NCBI GenBank assembly: GCA_045599305.1
Contig: JAZRVU010000103.1
Location: 173-64,172, forward strand
Reading direction: 5' to 3'
Source of the DNA: Acutalibacteraceae bacterium
GTDB taxonomy: Bacteria; Bacillota; Clostridia; Oscillospirales; Acutalibacteraceae
Length of the DNA stretch: 64,000 nucleotides
The notes under the pieces are model-generated. The model searched no databases, had not been told where the DNA came from, and was given only the letters and a program-made list of their open reading frames with translations. Below, piece after piece: positions 18,680 to 28,509 of this stretch. How positions within the stretch are numbered: position 1 is the stretch's first letter; each line of letters begins with the position of its first letter. A program made the position numbers and the translations under genes.

Positions 18680-19342
18680 GTGTGGAAACCGGATTTTGAT
18701 ATGTGGCAGGTAGTGCTGCGCGCGATCCTGGCAGTGCTGGTCGGCGGAATCATCGGGATCGAGCGGGCTCGCCACGGACGTGCCGCCGGTATGCGCACCC
18801 ATATGCTGGTGTGTTTGGGTGCCGCTATGACCGCCATGACCGGCCTGTTTGTGCACGAGGTGCTGGGCATCACCGGTGACGTGTTCCGTATTCCGGCACA
18901 GGTCATCTCGGGAGTCGGCTTTCTGGGAGCCGGTGTCATCGTGCTCAAGCAGGGCGATGTGATCACCGGCCTTACCACGGCCGCCGGTGTGTGGGCTACC
19001 GGTGCCATCGGTGTGGCCATCGGTTACGGCTTCTATGTGGGAGCCCTTGCCGGTGTGCTTTTGCTGCTCATCTCACTTGTCTTTTTTTCCAAGCTGGAAA
19101 AGAACAGAAAAGATACCGATACGGTTTATGTGGAATTGGATTGCGCCGAGGCGGTCAATGAAGTGCTGGAGCAGATCAAAGCGGCCGTCGGCACCGCCTT
19201 TCATCTGCACATCGCCGCGCCGCACAGCGGCATCGCAGGTCATGTCGGCCTCACGCTGACGATGCGCGGACCATGCGCCTGCGATACGGCCGATTTGCTG
19301 AAAATCCCCCATGTTGCTTTTGCTATAGCCGAAGAAGCATAA
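18680..19342 (+). CDS. MgtC/SapB family membrane protein
   Basis: LRAILAVLVGGIIGIERARHGRAAGMRTHMLVCLGAAM is the MgtC signature; four to five TM segments plus a soluble C-terminal domain. Confidence 0.85.
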   Translation: MWKPDFDMWQVVLRAILAVLVGGIIGIERARHGRAAGMRTHMLVCLGAAMTAMTGLFVHEVLGITGDVFRIPAQVISGVGFLGAGVIVLKQGDVITGLTTAAGVWATGAIGVAIGYGFYVGALAGVLLLLISLVFFSKLEKNRKDTDTVYVELDCAEAVNEVLEQIKAAVGTAFHLHIAAPHSGIAGHVGLTLTMRGPCACDTADLLKIPHVAFAIAEEA

Positions 19343-19371
19343 CGCACAACTGAATATTCCGCAGAGAATTG

Positions 19372-19431
19372 GAGAACGGAAAAACACGGTGTCCCCCGAA
19401 GGGACGCCTGTTTTGCCGTTCTCTTTTTTTA
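19372..19431 (+). terminator. Intrinsic terminator in the leader of the flavoenzyme operon; probable GlpP antitermination target
   Basis: Outer stem GAGAACGG/CCGTTCTC enclosing inner stem GGTGTCCC-ccgaa-GGGACGCC, followed by TTTTTTTATTTTT, 27 nt before the GTG start at 19458. Confidence 0.7.
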
Positions 19432-19457
19432 TTTTTCATTGGAAAGGATGATCGTCT

Positions 19458-20888
19458 GTGTTTGATGTCATCATTGTCGGAGCCGGTGTGACCGGCGGTA
19501 TGCTTGCGCGGGAACTGTCCCGCTACACGCTGTCCGTCTGTCTGCTGGAAAAGGAGAACGATGTGGCCTGCGGTGCCTCCAAGGCGAACAGCGGCATCGT
19601 GCACGGCGGGTATGACCCCGAGCCGGGCACGCTGAAGGCGCAGTTGAATGCGGCCGGCGCGGAAAAACTGTTCGCAGCGGCAGAGGCGCTCTCGGTGCCC
19701 TGCCGCCGCAACGGCTCACTGGTGTGTGCCTTCGGGCCGCAGGAGGAACCGACGGTGCGGGCGCTGTATGAGCGGGGACTGCAAAATGGTGTGGCAGGAC
19801 TTTCCGTTATCAGCGGCGAGGAGGCCCGTGCGCTGGAGCCGGCGCTGTCGTCCGAAGTGACACTGGCGCTGCGGGTGCCCACCGCCGGGATCATCTGCCC
19901 CTATCAACTCACCGTGGCCGCGGTGGGCAACGCCATGGACAACGGCGTCGAGCTGCGCACGGGTTTTGCAGTGACGGCGATCGTCCGCACGGCGGAGGGC
20001 TTCACCGTCACCACCGCCGACGGCCGCACCGTGCAGGGGCGTTTTCTGCTCAACTGCGCCGGTGCCTACGCCGACCGGGTGGCCGCTCTGCTGGGGGACG
20101 ACGATTTCACCGTTATCCCGCGGGCGGGCGAATACCTGCTGCTGGACAAGGCCGAGGGCGCCCGGGTGAGCCACACGATATTTCAGGTGCCCACCAAGGA
20201 GGGCAAGGGGGTGCTGGTGACCCCCACGGCAGACGGCAATCTGCTGGTGGGCCCCACTGCCGCAGCGGTCGGATCGCCCGACCAAACCGACACCACCGCC
20301 GCCGGACTGGAGGCGGTGAAACGGCTGGCGGCGAAAAGTGTGCCGTCGGTGGATTTCGGGCAGGTCATCACCTCGTTTGGCGGGGTGCGCGCCTCGGAAA
20401 AGAGCGGCGACTTTTTCATCCGGGAGAGCCGCCGTGTCCCCCGTTTCGTGCACGTGGCGGCCATCGACTCGCCCGGTCTCACCTGCTGCGTGGCCATCGC
20501 GGAATACACGGCGGCGCTGCTTCGGCGGCTGGGGCTCGTGCTGCTCCCCAAGGCCGATTGGGACGGCACCCGTCCCGACACCCACGCCTTCCGGAAAATG
20601 AGCGATGAGGAACAAGACGCCTACATCACCGCCCATCCCGACTACGGGCGGATCGTCTGCCGCTGTGAGACGGTGAGCGAGGGCGAGATCCGTGACGCCA
20701 TCCGCCGCAATCCCCCGGCGCGGGATGTGGACGGGGTGAAGCGGCGCACCCGTTCCGGCATGGGTCGGTGTCAGGGCGGCTTCTGCACCCCCTATGTGAT
20801 GGCGCTGATCGCCGAGGAGACCGGTGTACCGATGGAGCAGGTGACCAAAAAAGGCCCCGGCACCGAACTGGTCACGGGCAGACTGTGA
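19458..20888 (+). CDS. FAD-dependent oxidoreductase, GlpA/GlpD-like glycerol-3-phosphate dehydrogenase with C-terminal BFD-like [2Fe-2S] domain
   Basis: Dinucleotide fold MFDVIIVGAGVTGG. C-terminal CRCETVSEGEIRDAI...RTRSGMGRCQGGFC. Downstream of glpP. Confidence 0.8.
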   Translation: MFDVIIVGAGVTGGMLARELSRYTLSVCLLEKENDVACGASKANSGIVHGGYDPEPGTLKAQLNAAGAEKLFAAAEALSVPCRRNGSLVCAFGPQEEPTVRALYERGLQNGVAGLSVISGEEARALEPALSSEVTLALRVPTAGIICPYQLTVAAVGNAMDNGVELRTGFAVTAIVRTAEGFTVTTADGRTVQGRFLLNCAGAYADRVAALLGDDDFTVIPRAGEYLLLDKAEGARVSHTIFQVPTKEGKGVLVTPTADGNLLVGPTAAAVGSPDQTDTTAAGLEAVKRLAAKSVPSVDFGQVITSFGGVRASEKSGDFFIRESRRVPRFVHVAAIDSPGLTCCVAIAEYTAALLRRLGLVLLPKADWDGTRPDTHAFRKMSDEEQDAYITAHPDYGRIVCRCETVSEGEIRDAIRRNPPARDVDGVKRRTRSGMGRCQGGFCTPYVMALIAEETGVPMEQVTKKGPGTELVTGRL

Positions 20889-20901
20889 GGAGGAGACAAA
20901 A

Positions 20902-22158
20902 ATGAGCATATGCGAACATGACATCGTGATCGTCGGCGGCGGCCCCGCCGGTATGGCGGCCGCCGTGGCGGCCCGGGACCGCGGTGTGACCGACGTGGTG
21001 ATCCTGGACAGAGAGGCGGATACGGGCGGCATCCTGCGGCAATGTATCCACAACGGCTTCGGCCTGCACAAACTGGGGCGGGAGTTGACCGGTCCGGAAT
21101 ACGCCGCCGTGTATCGGGAACAGGTGACCGCACGGCAAATCCCCGTTTTGTGTGAGACGACCGTGACCGCCCTCTCCCCCGACCGGGTGGTGACCGCCCG
21201 CAGCCGTGACGGCGTTCTGAAGATCCGCGCCGGTGCGGTGGTACTGGCCATGGGGTGTCGGGAACGCAGCCGCGGCGCGCTGAACATCCCCGGCACTCGT
21301 CCGGCCGGTGTTTTCTCCGCCGGCACGGCGCAGAAACTGATGAACTGCGCGGGCTGCATGGTGGGGCGTCGGGCGGTCATTCTCGGCTCGGGCGACATCG
21401 GGCTCATCATGGCACGGCGGCTGTCGCTGGAGGGGGCCCGGGTGGAGGCGGTGTGCGAGATCATGCCCTATTCCGGCGGTCTGGCCCGCAACATCGTGCA
21501 ATGTCTGGAGGATTTCGGCATCCCGCTCTTTTTGAGCACCACGGTGGCCGAGATCCACGGCACAGACCGGGTGGAGGGGGTCACCGTAGCCGCGGTGGAC
21601 GAGAAGCGGCAGATCCGCCCCGAAACGCGCCGCTTCATCCCCTGCGACACGCTGCTGCTCTCCTGTGGGCTGATCCCCGAAAACGAACTGACCCGTGCCG
21701 CCGGCATCCCGCTCGACCGGGTGACCGGCGGCGCGGCGGTGGACGAACACCGGCAGACTGCCGTGCCCGGCATCTTTGCCTGCGGCAATGTGCTGCAGGT
21801 GCATGATCTGGTGGACTATGTCTCCGACGAGGCGGAGATCGCCGGCTGCGGTGCGGCCGATTTCGTTTTGGGACGGCTGACCGGCGGGGACACCGTGCGC
21901 ACGGCGGCCGGGAACGGGGTGCGCTATGTGCTGCCGCAGCGTGTCCATCCGCAGAGCGGCGAGGACGTGTCCCTCTTCTGGCGGGTGACACAGCCGTTCG
22001 GGAAAGTGCGGTATACCGTGCGGGCGGGCGATACGGTGCTGGCCGCCGCCGTGCGGCCCAAGGCCGCGCCCGGCGAGATGGAAAAACTGACCGTGAAGGC
22101 CGAAAAACTGGCCGCCGTCACCGGCGATATCACGGTGGAACTGGAGGCGTTGACATGA
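20902..22158 (+). CDS. NAD(P)/FAD-dependent (pyridine nucleotide-disulfide family) oxidoreductase
   Basis: HDIVIVGGGPAGMAAA and a second Rossmann motif AVILGSGDIGLIMA. Confidence 0.8.
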   Translation: MSICEHDIVIVGGGPAGMAAAVAARDRGVTDVVILDREADTGGILRQCIHNGFGLHKLGRELTGPEYAAVYREQVTARQIPVLCETTVTALSPDRVVTARSRDGVLKIRAGAVVLAMGCRERSRGALNIPGTRPAGVFSAGTAQKLMNCAGCMVGRRAVILGSGDIGLIMARRLSLEGARVEAVCEIMPYSGGLARNIVQCLEDFGIPLFLSTTVAEIHGTDRVEGVTVAAVDEKRQIRPETRRFIPCDTLLLSCGLIPENELTRAAGIPLDRVTGGAAVDEHRQTAVPGIFACGNVLQVHDLVDYVSDEAEIAGCGAADFVLGRLTGGDTVRTAAGNGVRYVLPQRVHPQSGEDVSLFWRVTQPFGKVRYTVRAGDTVLAAAVRPKAAPGEMEKLTVKAEKLAAVTGDITVELEALT

Positions 22159-22502
22159 CACGCAAACTGACCTGCATCATCTGCCCGCGCGGCTGTGCCC
22201 TGAAAGTACAGGAGGAACACGGCGTCCTCACCGTCAGCGGTAATGCCTGCCCGAAGGGAAAACAATACGCCACAGACGAATGTACCCACCCGGTACGCAC
22301 TGTCACCTCCACCGTGCGGGTGAACGGGAGGCCGGACACCATGGTGAGCGTGAAGACCGCCGCGCCCGTGGCAAAGGATGATATTTTCAAGGTGATGGCG
22401 GCCATCCGGCAAGCCACCGCCGACCCGCCTGTGGCCATCGGCGACACGGTGCTTGCCGATGTATGCGGCACCGATATCGTGGCCACCGCAAATATTTTGT
22501 AA
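22155..22502 (+). CDS. DUF1667 domain protein (small Cys-rich partner of the two oxidoreductases)
   Basis: MTRKLTCIICPRGCALKV...SGNACPKGKQYA is the characteristic DUF1667 N-terminus; ATGA overlap with the preceding gene. Confidence 0.8.
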   Translation: MTRKLTCIICPRGCALKVQEEHGVLTVSGNACPKGKQYATDECTHPVRTVTSTVRVNGRPDTMVSVKTAAPVAKDDIFKVMAAIRQATADPPVAIGDTVLADVCGTDIVATANIL

Positions 22503-22726
22503 AAAAGGCGGCTCCGTCCGGTGGGGCAAGATAGGGATAAGTCGTCCGAAAATGCCTTTTTCGGATGCAACGCAGTTTTTGCGAGGAAAATTTTTTAGCA
22601 GAGCGAAGCAGAAAAACGCAGGAATACTGCCGTATTGCGAGGCTTTTCTGCAAGCGAGTGCAAAAATTTTGCCGCAAAAACCGATTTTTCCCTATCTTGT
22701 TCCGCCGAAAAGTGGAGCCGCCTTTT
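22503..22726. repeat. 224-bp inverted-repeat-bounded element (MITE-like insert or giant-loop terminator)
   Basis: AAAAGGCGGCTCC (22503-22515) pairs with GGAGCCGCCTTTT (22714-22726), and CAAGATAGGGA (22527-22537) pairs with TCCCTATCTTG (22689-22699). The interior is AT-richer, with its own small hairpins and a repeated TTGCGAGG word. Confidence 0.45.
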
Positions 22727-22727
22727 G

Positions 22728-22756
22728 TTGACTTTATCCGCCGCACATGGTAAAAT
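22728..22756 (+). promoter_or_regulatory. Promoter of the GH63-like gene
   Basis: TTGACT, 17 nt, TAAAAT, directly abutting the right arm of the element. Confidence 0.55.
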
Positions 22757-22787
22757 ATCGGTAATATCACCTGTAGGGGGAATTTCG

Positions 22788-24467
22788 ATGTATCCGAACG
22801 TATGGGGGCAGGGCGCCCTGTTCGCTTTTTCCGGCCTGGATGGCCGCAATACGCTGCAAAACAGTCTGTGCGGCCACTTGATGGGCGACCGTATCGGCAT
22901 CAGCTTCCGCTTCGGTGAAGCGGAGCTTTATCTGAGCCTGCACGGTGTGCGGGACATCACCTATCAGATCGTCGCCTCCGATATCATCGAGGGGAAGCTG
23001 AACGGCAGAGACTTCCTGTTCCTGTTCACGGATGAGTGCACCGTGAGCGGCTTCTGCCCGACCGACCTGGCACTGCCGATCTTCCGTGCCGACCGGCCGC
23101 AGGCGGCGGCGGACTATCGCTTTGCGCAGCGCGCCGACGGGAATGTCACCCGCTTCGCCCTCTCCTGCGGGGCCGACGCCGAGGCACGTGCCGATGCGGC
23201 GCTGACGGCCGATCCCATGCCCGTCGCGTCCGGACGGCTGGCATTTTATGACCGCATCCCGCTGCCGGCAAACGCCACCCCCGCCGAGCAGCGCACCTAT
23301 CTCAAGTGCTTTTCGGTGATGCGCTCGCAGGTCTACACGCCGGAGGGACGGTTCGGCCGCCGCTGGACGACGCCCGACCGTCTGCCGCACAAATATCTGT
23401 GGCTGTGGGACTCGGTCTTCCACTCGATGGGCAATGTGTTCATCGACCCGCAGCTCGCCTATGAGTCGATCCTGTCGGTGCTGGACACCCAGCAGGAGGA
23501 CGGCTTTATCCCCCACATGGCCACCCCCGACACCCAAAGCGATGTCACCCAGCCACCCGTGATCGCGTGGGGGCTGTGGGCGCTTTACGAGCGCACCGGC
23601 CGCACCGACTGGCTGCGGGAGACCTACGACCGTGCCAAGCGCTATCTCGCATGGGATGCGTGCAACCGGGACGATGACGACGACCTGCTGCCGGGATGGT
23701 ACATCGACCCGAGCGATCCGAACTGCCGCTGCGGCGAAAGCGGGATGGACAACTCCCCCCGCTTTGACGACGTGGTGCCGATGGACTGCATCGACTTCTC
23801 CTGCTTTTTGGCGCACGAATACACCTGCATGAGCCGCATCGCGGCGGTGCTGGGGCTGGAGGACGAGGCGACGGCCTTTTCCGCCCGCTTCGACGCCGTG
23901 GCCGCACAGATCAACGCCCTGCTCTATGACGAGACGGACGGCCGATATTATGACCGCGAAACGGGCAGCGGCAAATTGCGCCGGGTGCGGGCGGTCTCCG
24001 GCTTCCTGCCGCTGTTCGCGGGGGTCTGCTCGCCGCAGCAGGCGGCACGGCTGGCGGCCGATCTCAAAGACCCCGCCACCTTCGGCACCGCACTGGGGGT
24101 GCCCTCCATCGCGGTGAGCGACCCCACCTTCGGCAGCGATATGTGGCGCGGGCCGGTGTGGATCAACTATAACTACATGATCATACTGGGTCTGCGGCAA
24201 TACGGATATGAGGAACTGGCGGATGCGCTGACAGACGCCACGCTGGCCGCCATCACCGCCCGCTATGAGCAGGAGGGGGTCATCTACGAATACTATGACT
24301 GCCAAAATGCCGTCAGCCCCGCGCTCTTGAACCGCAAGGGCGCCGCCATCCGCCCCTATTCGCCCGGTGTGCGGATGGCCTCCATCCGCGATTACGGCTG
24401 GTCGTGCACCCTGTTCGTGCGTATGCTGGCAGAGCGCAGCGAGCGCCGCAGCGTAAAAAACGGTTAA
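22788..24467 (+). CDS. GH63-like / MGH1-like (alpha/alpha)6-barrel glycoside hydrolase
   Basis: Blocks [38 protein letters not shown] and [15 protein letters not shown] resemble GH63/GH37-type barrels. Start moved to ATG 22788 (AGGGGGA SD). Confidence 0.7.
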   Translation: MYPNVWGQGALFAFSGLDGRNTLQNSLCGHLMGDRIGISFRFGEAELYLSLHGVRDITYQIVASDIIEGKLNGRDFLFLFTDECTVSGFCPTDLALPIFRADRPQAAADYRFAQRADGNVTRFALSCGADAEARADAALTADPMPVASGRLAFYDRIPLPANATPAEQRTYLKCFSVMRSQVYTPEGRFGRRWTTPDRLPHKYLWLWDSVFHSMGNVFIDPQLAYESILSVLDTQQEDGFIPHMATPDTQSDVTQPPVIAWGLWALYERTGRTDWLRETYDRAKRYLAWDACNRDDDDDLLPGWYIDPSDPNCRCGESGMDNSPRFDDVVPMDCIDFSCFLAHEYTCMSRIAAVLGLEDEATAFSARFDAVAAQINALLYDETDGRYYDRETGSGKLRRVRAVSGFLPLFAGVCSPQQAARLAADLKDPATFGTALGVPSIAVSDPTFGSDMWRGPVWINYNYMIILGLRQYGYEELADALTDATLAAITARYEQEGVIYEYYDCQNAVSPALLNRKGAAIRPYSPGVRMASIRDYGWSCTLFVRMLAERSERRSVKNG

Positions 24468-24523
24468 AAGCCGTCGGACATCCGGAACACGGACAGCATC
24501 TTGTGAAAGAAAGGATGACGGAT

Positions 24524-25183
24524 ATGGATATCCAAAAGATCTTAGCCGCGGTGGATCACACCCTGCTGGCCCCCACCGCTACATGGGAGGAGATCCGTGC
24601 GCTGTGCGACGACGGGATGCGGTATCACACCGCATCGGTCTGCATCCCCGCCGCCTTTGTGAAGGCGGCCAAGGAATATGTGGGTGACCGCCTGCCGGTC
24701 TGCACCGTCATCGGCTTTCCCACCGGCTACGCCACCACCGCCGCCAAGTGCTTCGAGGCGGCCGACGCCGTGAAGAACGGCGCCGATGAGGTGGATATGG
24801 TCATTCACATCGGCGCGCTCAAGGAAGGACGCGACGCGGACGTGACCGGGGAGATCCGTGCCGTGAAGGCCGCCTGCGACGGGCGCCTTCTGAAGGTCAT
24901 CGTGGAGACCTGCCTGCTCACCGAGGAAGAAAAGGTGCGCGCCTGCCATATCGTCTCCGCTTCCGGGGCAGACTATATCAAGACATCCACCGGCTTTTCC
25001 GCCGGCGGCGCCACCCGCGAGGACGTGGCGCTCTTTGCCGCCCATGTGGCACCGCATGTGAAGATCAAGGCCGCCGGCGGCATCGCGTCGCTGGCCGATG
25101 CCGAAGACTTTTTGGCGCTGGGCGCCGCGCGGCTTGGCACCAGCCGCATCGTGAAGATCGTCAAATCCGAAAACTTACTGTAA
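24524..25183 (+). CDS. deoC: Deoxyribose-phosphate aldolase
   Basis: [13 protein letters not shown]...ASVCIP...[10 protein letters not shown]...IKTSTGF (Schiff-base Lys context). Start chosen at ATG 24524 on SD spacing. Confidence 0.9.
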   Translation: MDIQKILAAVDHTLLAPTATWEEIRALCDDGMRYHTASVCIPAAFVKAAKEYVGDRLPVCTVIGFPTGYATTAAKCFEAADAVKNGADEVDMVIHIGALKEGRDADVTGEIRAVKAACDGRLLKVIVETCLLTEEEKVRACHIVSASGADYIKTSTGFSAGGATREDVALFAAHVAPHVKIKAAGGIASLADAEDFLALGAARLGTSRIVKIVKSENLL

Positions 25184-25196
25184 GGAGGAACCGACC

Positions 25197-25943
25197 GTGG
25201 CCCCTTTGTATCCCACCCCCCACATCAACGCCGCACCGCAGGATTTTTCCCGCACCGTTCTGATGCCGGGTGACCCGCTGCGCGCCAAGTTCATCGCCGA
25301 AAATTTCCTCACCGACGCCGTGCTCGTGAATAACGTGCGCGGCGTGCAGGGCTACACCGGCACCTACGCCGGCACGCGGGTGAGCGTGATGGCCAGCGGC
25401 ATGGGTATGCCCTCCATCGGCATCTATTCCCACGAGCTGTATACGGTGTTCGGCGTGGAAAACATCATGCGCATCGGCTCGGCCGGCGCGATGGATCCCC
25501 GCATCCATGTGCGGGACATCGTGATGGGGATGGGCGCCTGCACCAACTCCCGCTTCGCCCATCAGTATCACCTGCCCGGCACCTTCGCCCCCATCGCGAG
25601 CTACGGCATGCTCAAAACCTGCGCCGGCATCGCCGACGAAATGGGCGTGACCTATCACGTGGGCAATCTGCTCTCCTCCGACACCTTCTATTCCGATGAA
25701 ACCGATCTGCCCGCCGAGATGCGCGCCACCCCGCAATGGAGCAAGATGGGCGTGATGGCAGTGGAGATGGAGGCGGCGGCGCTGTATATGACCGCGGCGC
25801 GCTGCGGTAAAAACGCGCTGGCCATCTGCACCATTTCCGACCACCTGCTCACCGGCGAGGCCACCACGGCCGAAGAGCGGCAGAACTCCTTCACCGACAT
25901 GATGGAGCTGGCGCTCAAGACCGCCGCGGCACTGGAGAAATGA
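25197..25943 (+). CDS. deoD: Purine nucleoside phosphorylase, DeoD type
   Basis: TPHINA...VLMPGDPLRAKFIAE...GYTGTY.G..VSVM.SGMGMPS..IY..EL. Confidence 0.9.
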   Translation: MAPLYPTPHINAAPQDFSRTVLMPGDPLRAKFIAENFLTDAVLVNNVRGVQGYTGTYAGTRVSVMASGMGMPSIGIYSHELYTVFGVENIMRIGSAGAMDPRIHVRDIVMGMGACTNSRFAHQYHLPGTFAPIASYGMLKTCAGIADEMGVTYHVGNLLSSDTFYSDETDLPAEMRATPQWSKMGVMAVEMEAAALYMTAARCGKNALAICTISDHLLTGEATTAEERQNSFTDMMELALKTAAALEK

Positions 25944-25946
25944 CCT

Positions 25947-27107
25947 ATGAAACGTGTATTTCTGATCGTTCTGGACTCCTGCGGCATCGGTGAGGCACCG
26001 GATGCCGCCGCTTTCGGTGACCGCGACTGCAACACGCTGGGCCGCATCGCGACCTCGCCCCTTTTCGCCTGTGACACGGTGGCGCGGCTGGGGCTCGGGA
26101 ATGCGGACGGCGTGACCTGCGTGCCCCCGACCGACCGTCCAAAGGCGGCGGTGGCGCGGCTGCAGGAGCGCTCGGCCGGCAAGGACACCACCATCGGCCA
26201 CTGGGAGATCGCGGGCGTGGTCTCCCCCTCGCCGCTGCCCACCTATCCCGACGGTTTCCCGCCCGAGGTGATCGACGCGTTTGCCGCGGCCACCGGACGG
26301 GGCGTGCTGTGCAACAAGCCCTATTCCGGCACCGATGCCATCCGCGACTACGGCGAAGAGCATCTGACGACCGGCGACCTGATCGTCTACACCTCGGCCG
26401 ACAGCGTGTTCCAGATCGCGGCGCACGAGGAGATCGTGCCGGTGGAGCAGTTGTATGAATACTGCCGCATTGCCCGCAGGATCCTCACCGGCCGCCACGC
26501 GGTGGGACGCGTGATCGCCCGTCCCTTCATCGGGGAGCATCCCTTCACCCGCACCGCCAACCGGCACGACTTTTCACTCGAGCCGCCCCGCCCCACCCTG
26601 CTGGACGCCGTCTCGGCCGCCGGGCGGACGGTGTTCGCCGTGGGCAAGATCTCGGACATTTTTGCCGGGCGCGGCGTGACCGACCAGGTGTCCACCCACT
26701 CCAACGCCGAGGGCATGGCCGAGGCACTGAAAGCACAGGAGCGCGACTTCGAAGGGCTCTGCTTTGTCAATCTGGTGGACTTCGATATGCTGTTCGGCCA
26801 CCGGCAGGACGTGGACGGCTACGCCAATGCTTTTGCCGAATTCGACCGCTGGCTGCCGCAATTCCTTAAAAATATGCGTCCGGATGACCTGCTGATGGTC
26901 ACCGCCGACCACGGCTGTGACCCCGGCGACGCCCACACCGACCACTCGCGGGAATATGTCCCGTGGCTGATCGTCGGCAGCGCCGTGCGGCCGGTCAATC
27001 TCGGCACCCGCTCCACCTTTGCGGATATCGCCGCCACCGTGGCCGACTATCTCGGGGTGGATTTCTCCTGTGACGGCAGCAGCGTGCTGCCGCAGATCGT
27101 GAGGTGA
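25947..27107 (+). CDS. deoB: Phosphopentomutase
   Basis: MKRVFLIVLDSCGIGEAPDAAAFGD...VTADHGCDP. Confidence 0.9.
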   Translation: MKRVFLIVLDSCGIGEAPDAAAFGDRDCNTLGRIATSPLFACDTVARLGLGNADGVTCVPPTDRPKAAVARLQERSAGKDTTIGHWEIAGVVSPSPLPTYPDGFPPEVIDAFAAATGRGVLCNKPYSGTDAIRDYGEEHLTTGDLIVYTSADSVFQIAAHEEIVPVEQLYEYCRIARRILTGRHAVGRVIARPFIGEHPFTRTANRHDFSLEPPRPTLLDAVSAAGRTVFAVGKISDIFAGRGVTDQVSTHSNAEGMAEALKAQERDFEGLCFVNLVDFDMLFGHRQDVDGYANAFAEFDRWLPQFLKNMRPDDLLMVTADHGCDPGDAHTDHSREYVPWLIVGSAVRPVNLGTRSTFADIAATVADYLGVDFSCDGSSVLPQIVR

Positions 27108-27112
27108 ACGAC

Positions 27113-27520
27113 ATGACGGAAAAAGAACTGGCGGCGATGGCCGTGAAGGCCATGGAACGTGCCTATGCCCCCTATTCCGGCTACACGGTGGGAGCGGTCC
27201 TGCTGGGCGGATCCGGCAGGGTATACCTCGGGTGCAACATCGAAAACGCCTCCTACACCCCCACCGTCTGCGCCGAACGCACCGCCGTGTTCAAGGCCGT
27301 GAGCGAGGGGGAACGGTGCTTCACCATGCTGGCGGTGGCCGGCGGAAAAGGCGGAAAGGTCGAGGGCGCATTCCCGCCCTGCGGTGTCTGCCGACAGGTG
27401 CTGGCGGAATTTTGCCCGCCCGATTTTCCCGTACTGGTCTGTGACGGGCCGGACAGCTTTCAAAAATTCACCCTGTCCGAGCTGCTGCCCTTCGGATTCG
27501 GGCCGCAAAATCTGAACTGA
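27113..27520 (+). CDS. cdd: Cytidine deaminase
   Basis: Zinc motifs CAERTAVF and PCGVCRQVLAEF. ATG 27113 preferred over GTG 27104 on SD spacing. Confidence 0.9.
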   Translation: MTEKELAAMAVKAMERAYAPYSGYTVGAVLLGGSGRVYLGCNIENASYTPTVCAERTAVFKAVSEGERCFTMLAVAGGKGGKVEGAFPPCGVCRQVLAEFCPPDFPVLVCDGPDSFQKFTLSELLPFGFGPQNLN

Positions 27521-27521
27521 T

Positions 27522-27553
27522 GGCCGCATGAGGCGCATGAGGCGGCCGTTTTT
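27522..27553 (+). terminator. Terminator after the deo/cdd operon
   Basis: GGCCGC...GCGGCC stem enclosing a tandem CATGAGGCG CATGAGGCG, followed by GTTTTTGG. Confidence 0.6.
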
Positions 27554-27565
27554 GGCAATGACATC

Positions 27566-27594
27566 TTGATTTTTCAACACGGATATGCTATGAT
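27566..27594 (+). promoter_or_regulatory. Promoter of the metF-metH operon
   Basis: TTGATT, 17 nt ending in TGC, TATGAT. This leaves only ~30 nt of 5' UTR. Confidence 0.5.
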
Positions 27595-27627
27595 ATTTGG
27601 AATAGCAAACCGGACGGAGGCTCCTTT

Positions 27628-28509
27628 ATGAAACTGTCGACCCTGCTGGCACGCGACACGATGTCGCTGTCGTTTGAAGTATTCCCCCCGAAGACCGACA
27701 CGGCGTTTGAAAGTGTCAAGACCGCCACCGAAGAGATCGCCAAACTGCAGCCCGCTTTCATGAGCGTCACCTACGGTGCGGGCGGCGGCACCAGCCGCTA
27801 TACGCTGGAGATCGCGAAAAACATCCGCGAGCGCTACGGCGTGCCCACGCTGGCGCACCTCACCTGCGTCTCCTCCACCCGCGAAACGGTGAAGCAGAAG
27901 ATCGAGGAGATGCGGCAGGCGGGGATCGAAAACGTGATGGCGCTGCGCGGGGACCTCACGCCCGAACTGGCGCAGTCCGACCGCAGCGGCTGGGCCTATC
28001 ACCACGCCGTGGAACTGGTGCGGGAACTGAAAGAATCGGGCGCCGATTTCTGCATCGGCGGTGCCTGCTACCCCGAGATCCACCCCGAAAGTGCCGATCA
28101 GCGGGAGGACATCCGCTACCTGAAGGAAAAGGTGGATGCCGGCTGTTCGTTCTTGACCACGCAGATGTTTTTCGACAACAATCTGCTATACAATTTCCTC
28201 TACAAGATCCGGGAGGCCGGCATCACGGTGCCGATCATCCCCGGCGTGATGCCCATCACCAACGCCAAGCAGGTGGAGCGGGCGATCACCCTTTCCGGCT
28301 CCTTCATGCCGCAGCGCTTCAAAAATCTGGTGGACAAATTCGGCCACTCTCCCGCCGCCATGAAGCAGGCGGGCATCGCCTACGCCACCGATCAGATCAT
28401 CGACCTGTACGCCAACGGCATCAAAAATGTGCACGTCTACTCCATGAACAAGCCGGACGTGGCCGCCAGTATCTTACATAACCTCTCCGACATTCTGGGG
28501 GCACAATGA
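27628..28509 (+). CDS. metF: Methylenetetrahydrofolate reductase
   Basis: SFEVFPPKTD...VTYGAGG...HLTC...ALRGD family pattern. Confidence 0.9.
   Translation: MKLSTLLARDTMSLSFEVFPPKTDTAFESVKTATEEIAKLQPAFMSVTYGAGGGTSRYTLEIAKNIRERYGVPTLAHLTCVSSTRETVKQKIEEMRQAGIENVMALRGDLTPELAQSDRSGWAYHHAVELVRELKESGADFCIGGACYPEIHPESADQREDIRYLKEKVDAGCSFLTTQMFFDNNLLYNFLYKIREAGITVPIIPGVMPITNAKQVERAITLSGSFMPQRFKNLVDKFGHSPAAMKQAGIAYATDQIIDLYANGIKNVHVYSMNKPDVAASILHNLSDILGAQ

Noticed and set aside
22565-22753. 62-aa ORF (and the overlapping 22453-22731 ORF) inside the inverted-repeat element
   Set aside because: There is no SD. The frames run through the hairpin arms and the downstream promoter, and the sequence is Lys/Arg/Phe-rich and low-complexity, driven by A/T runs.
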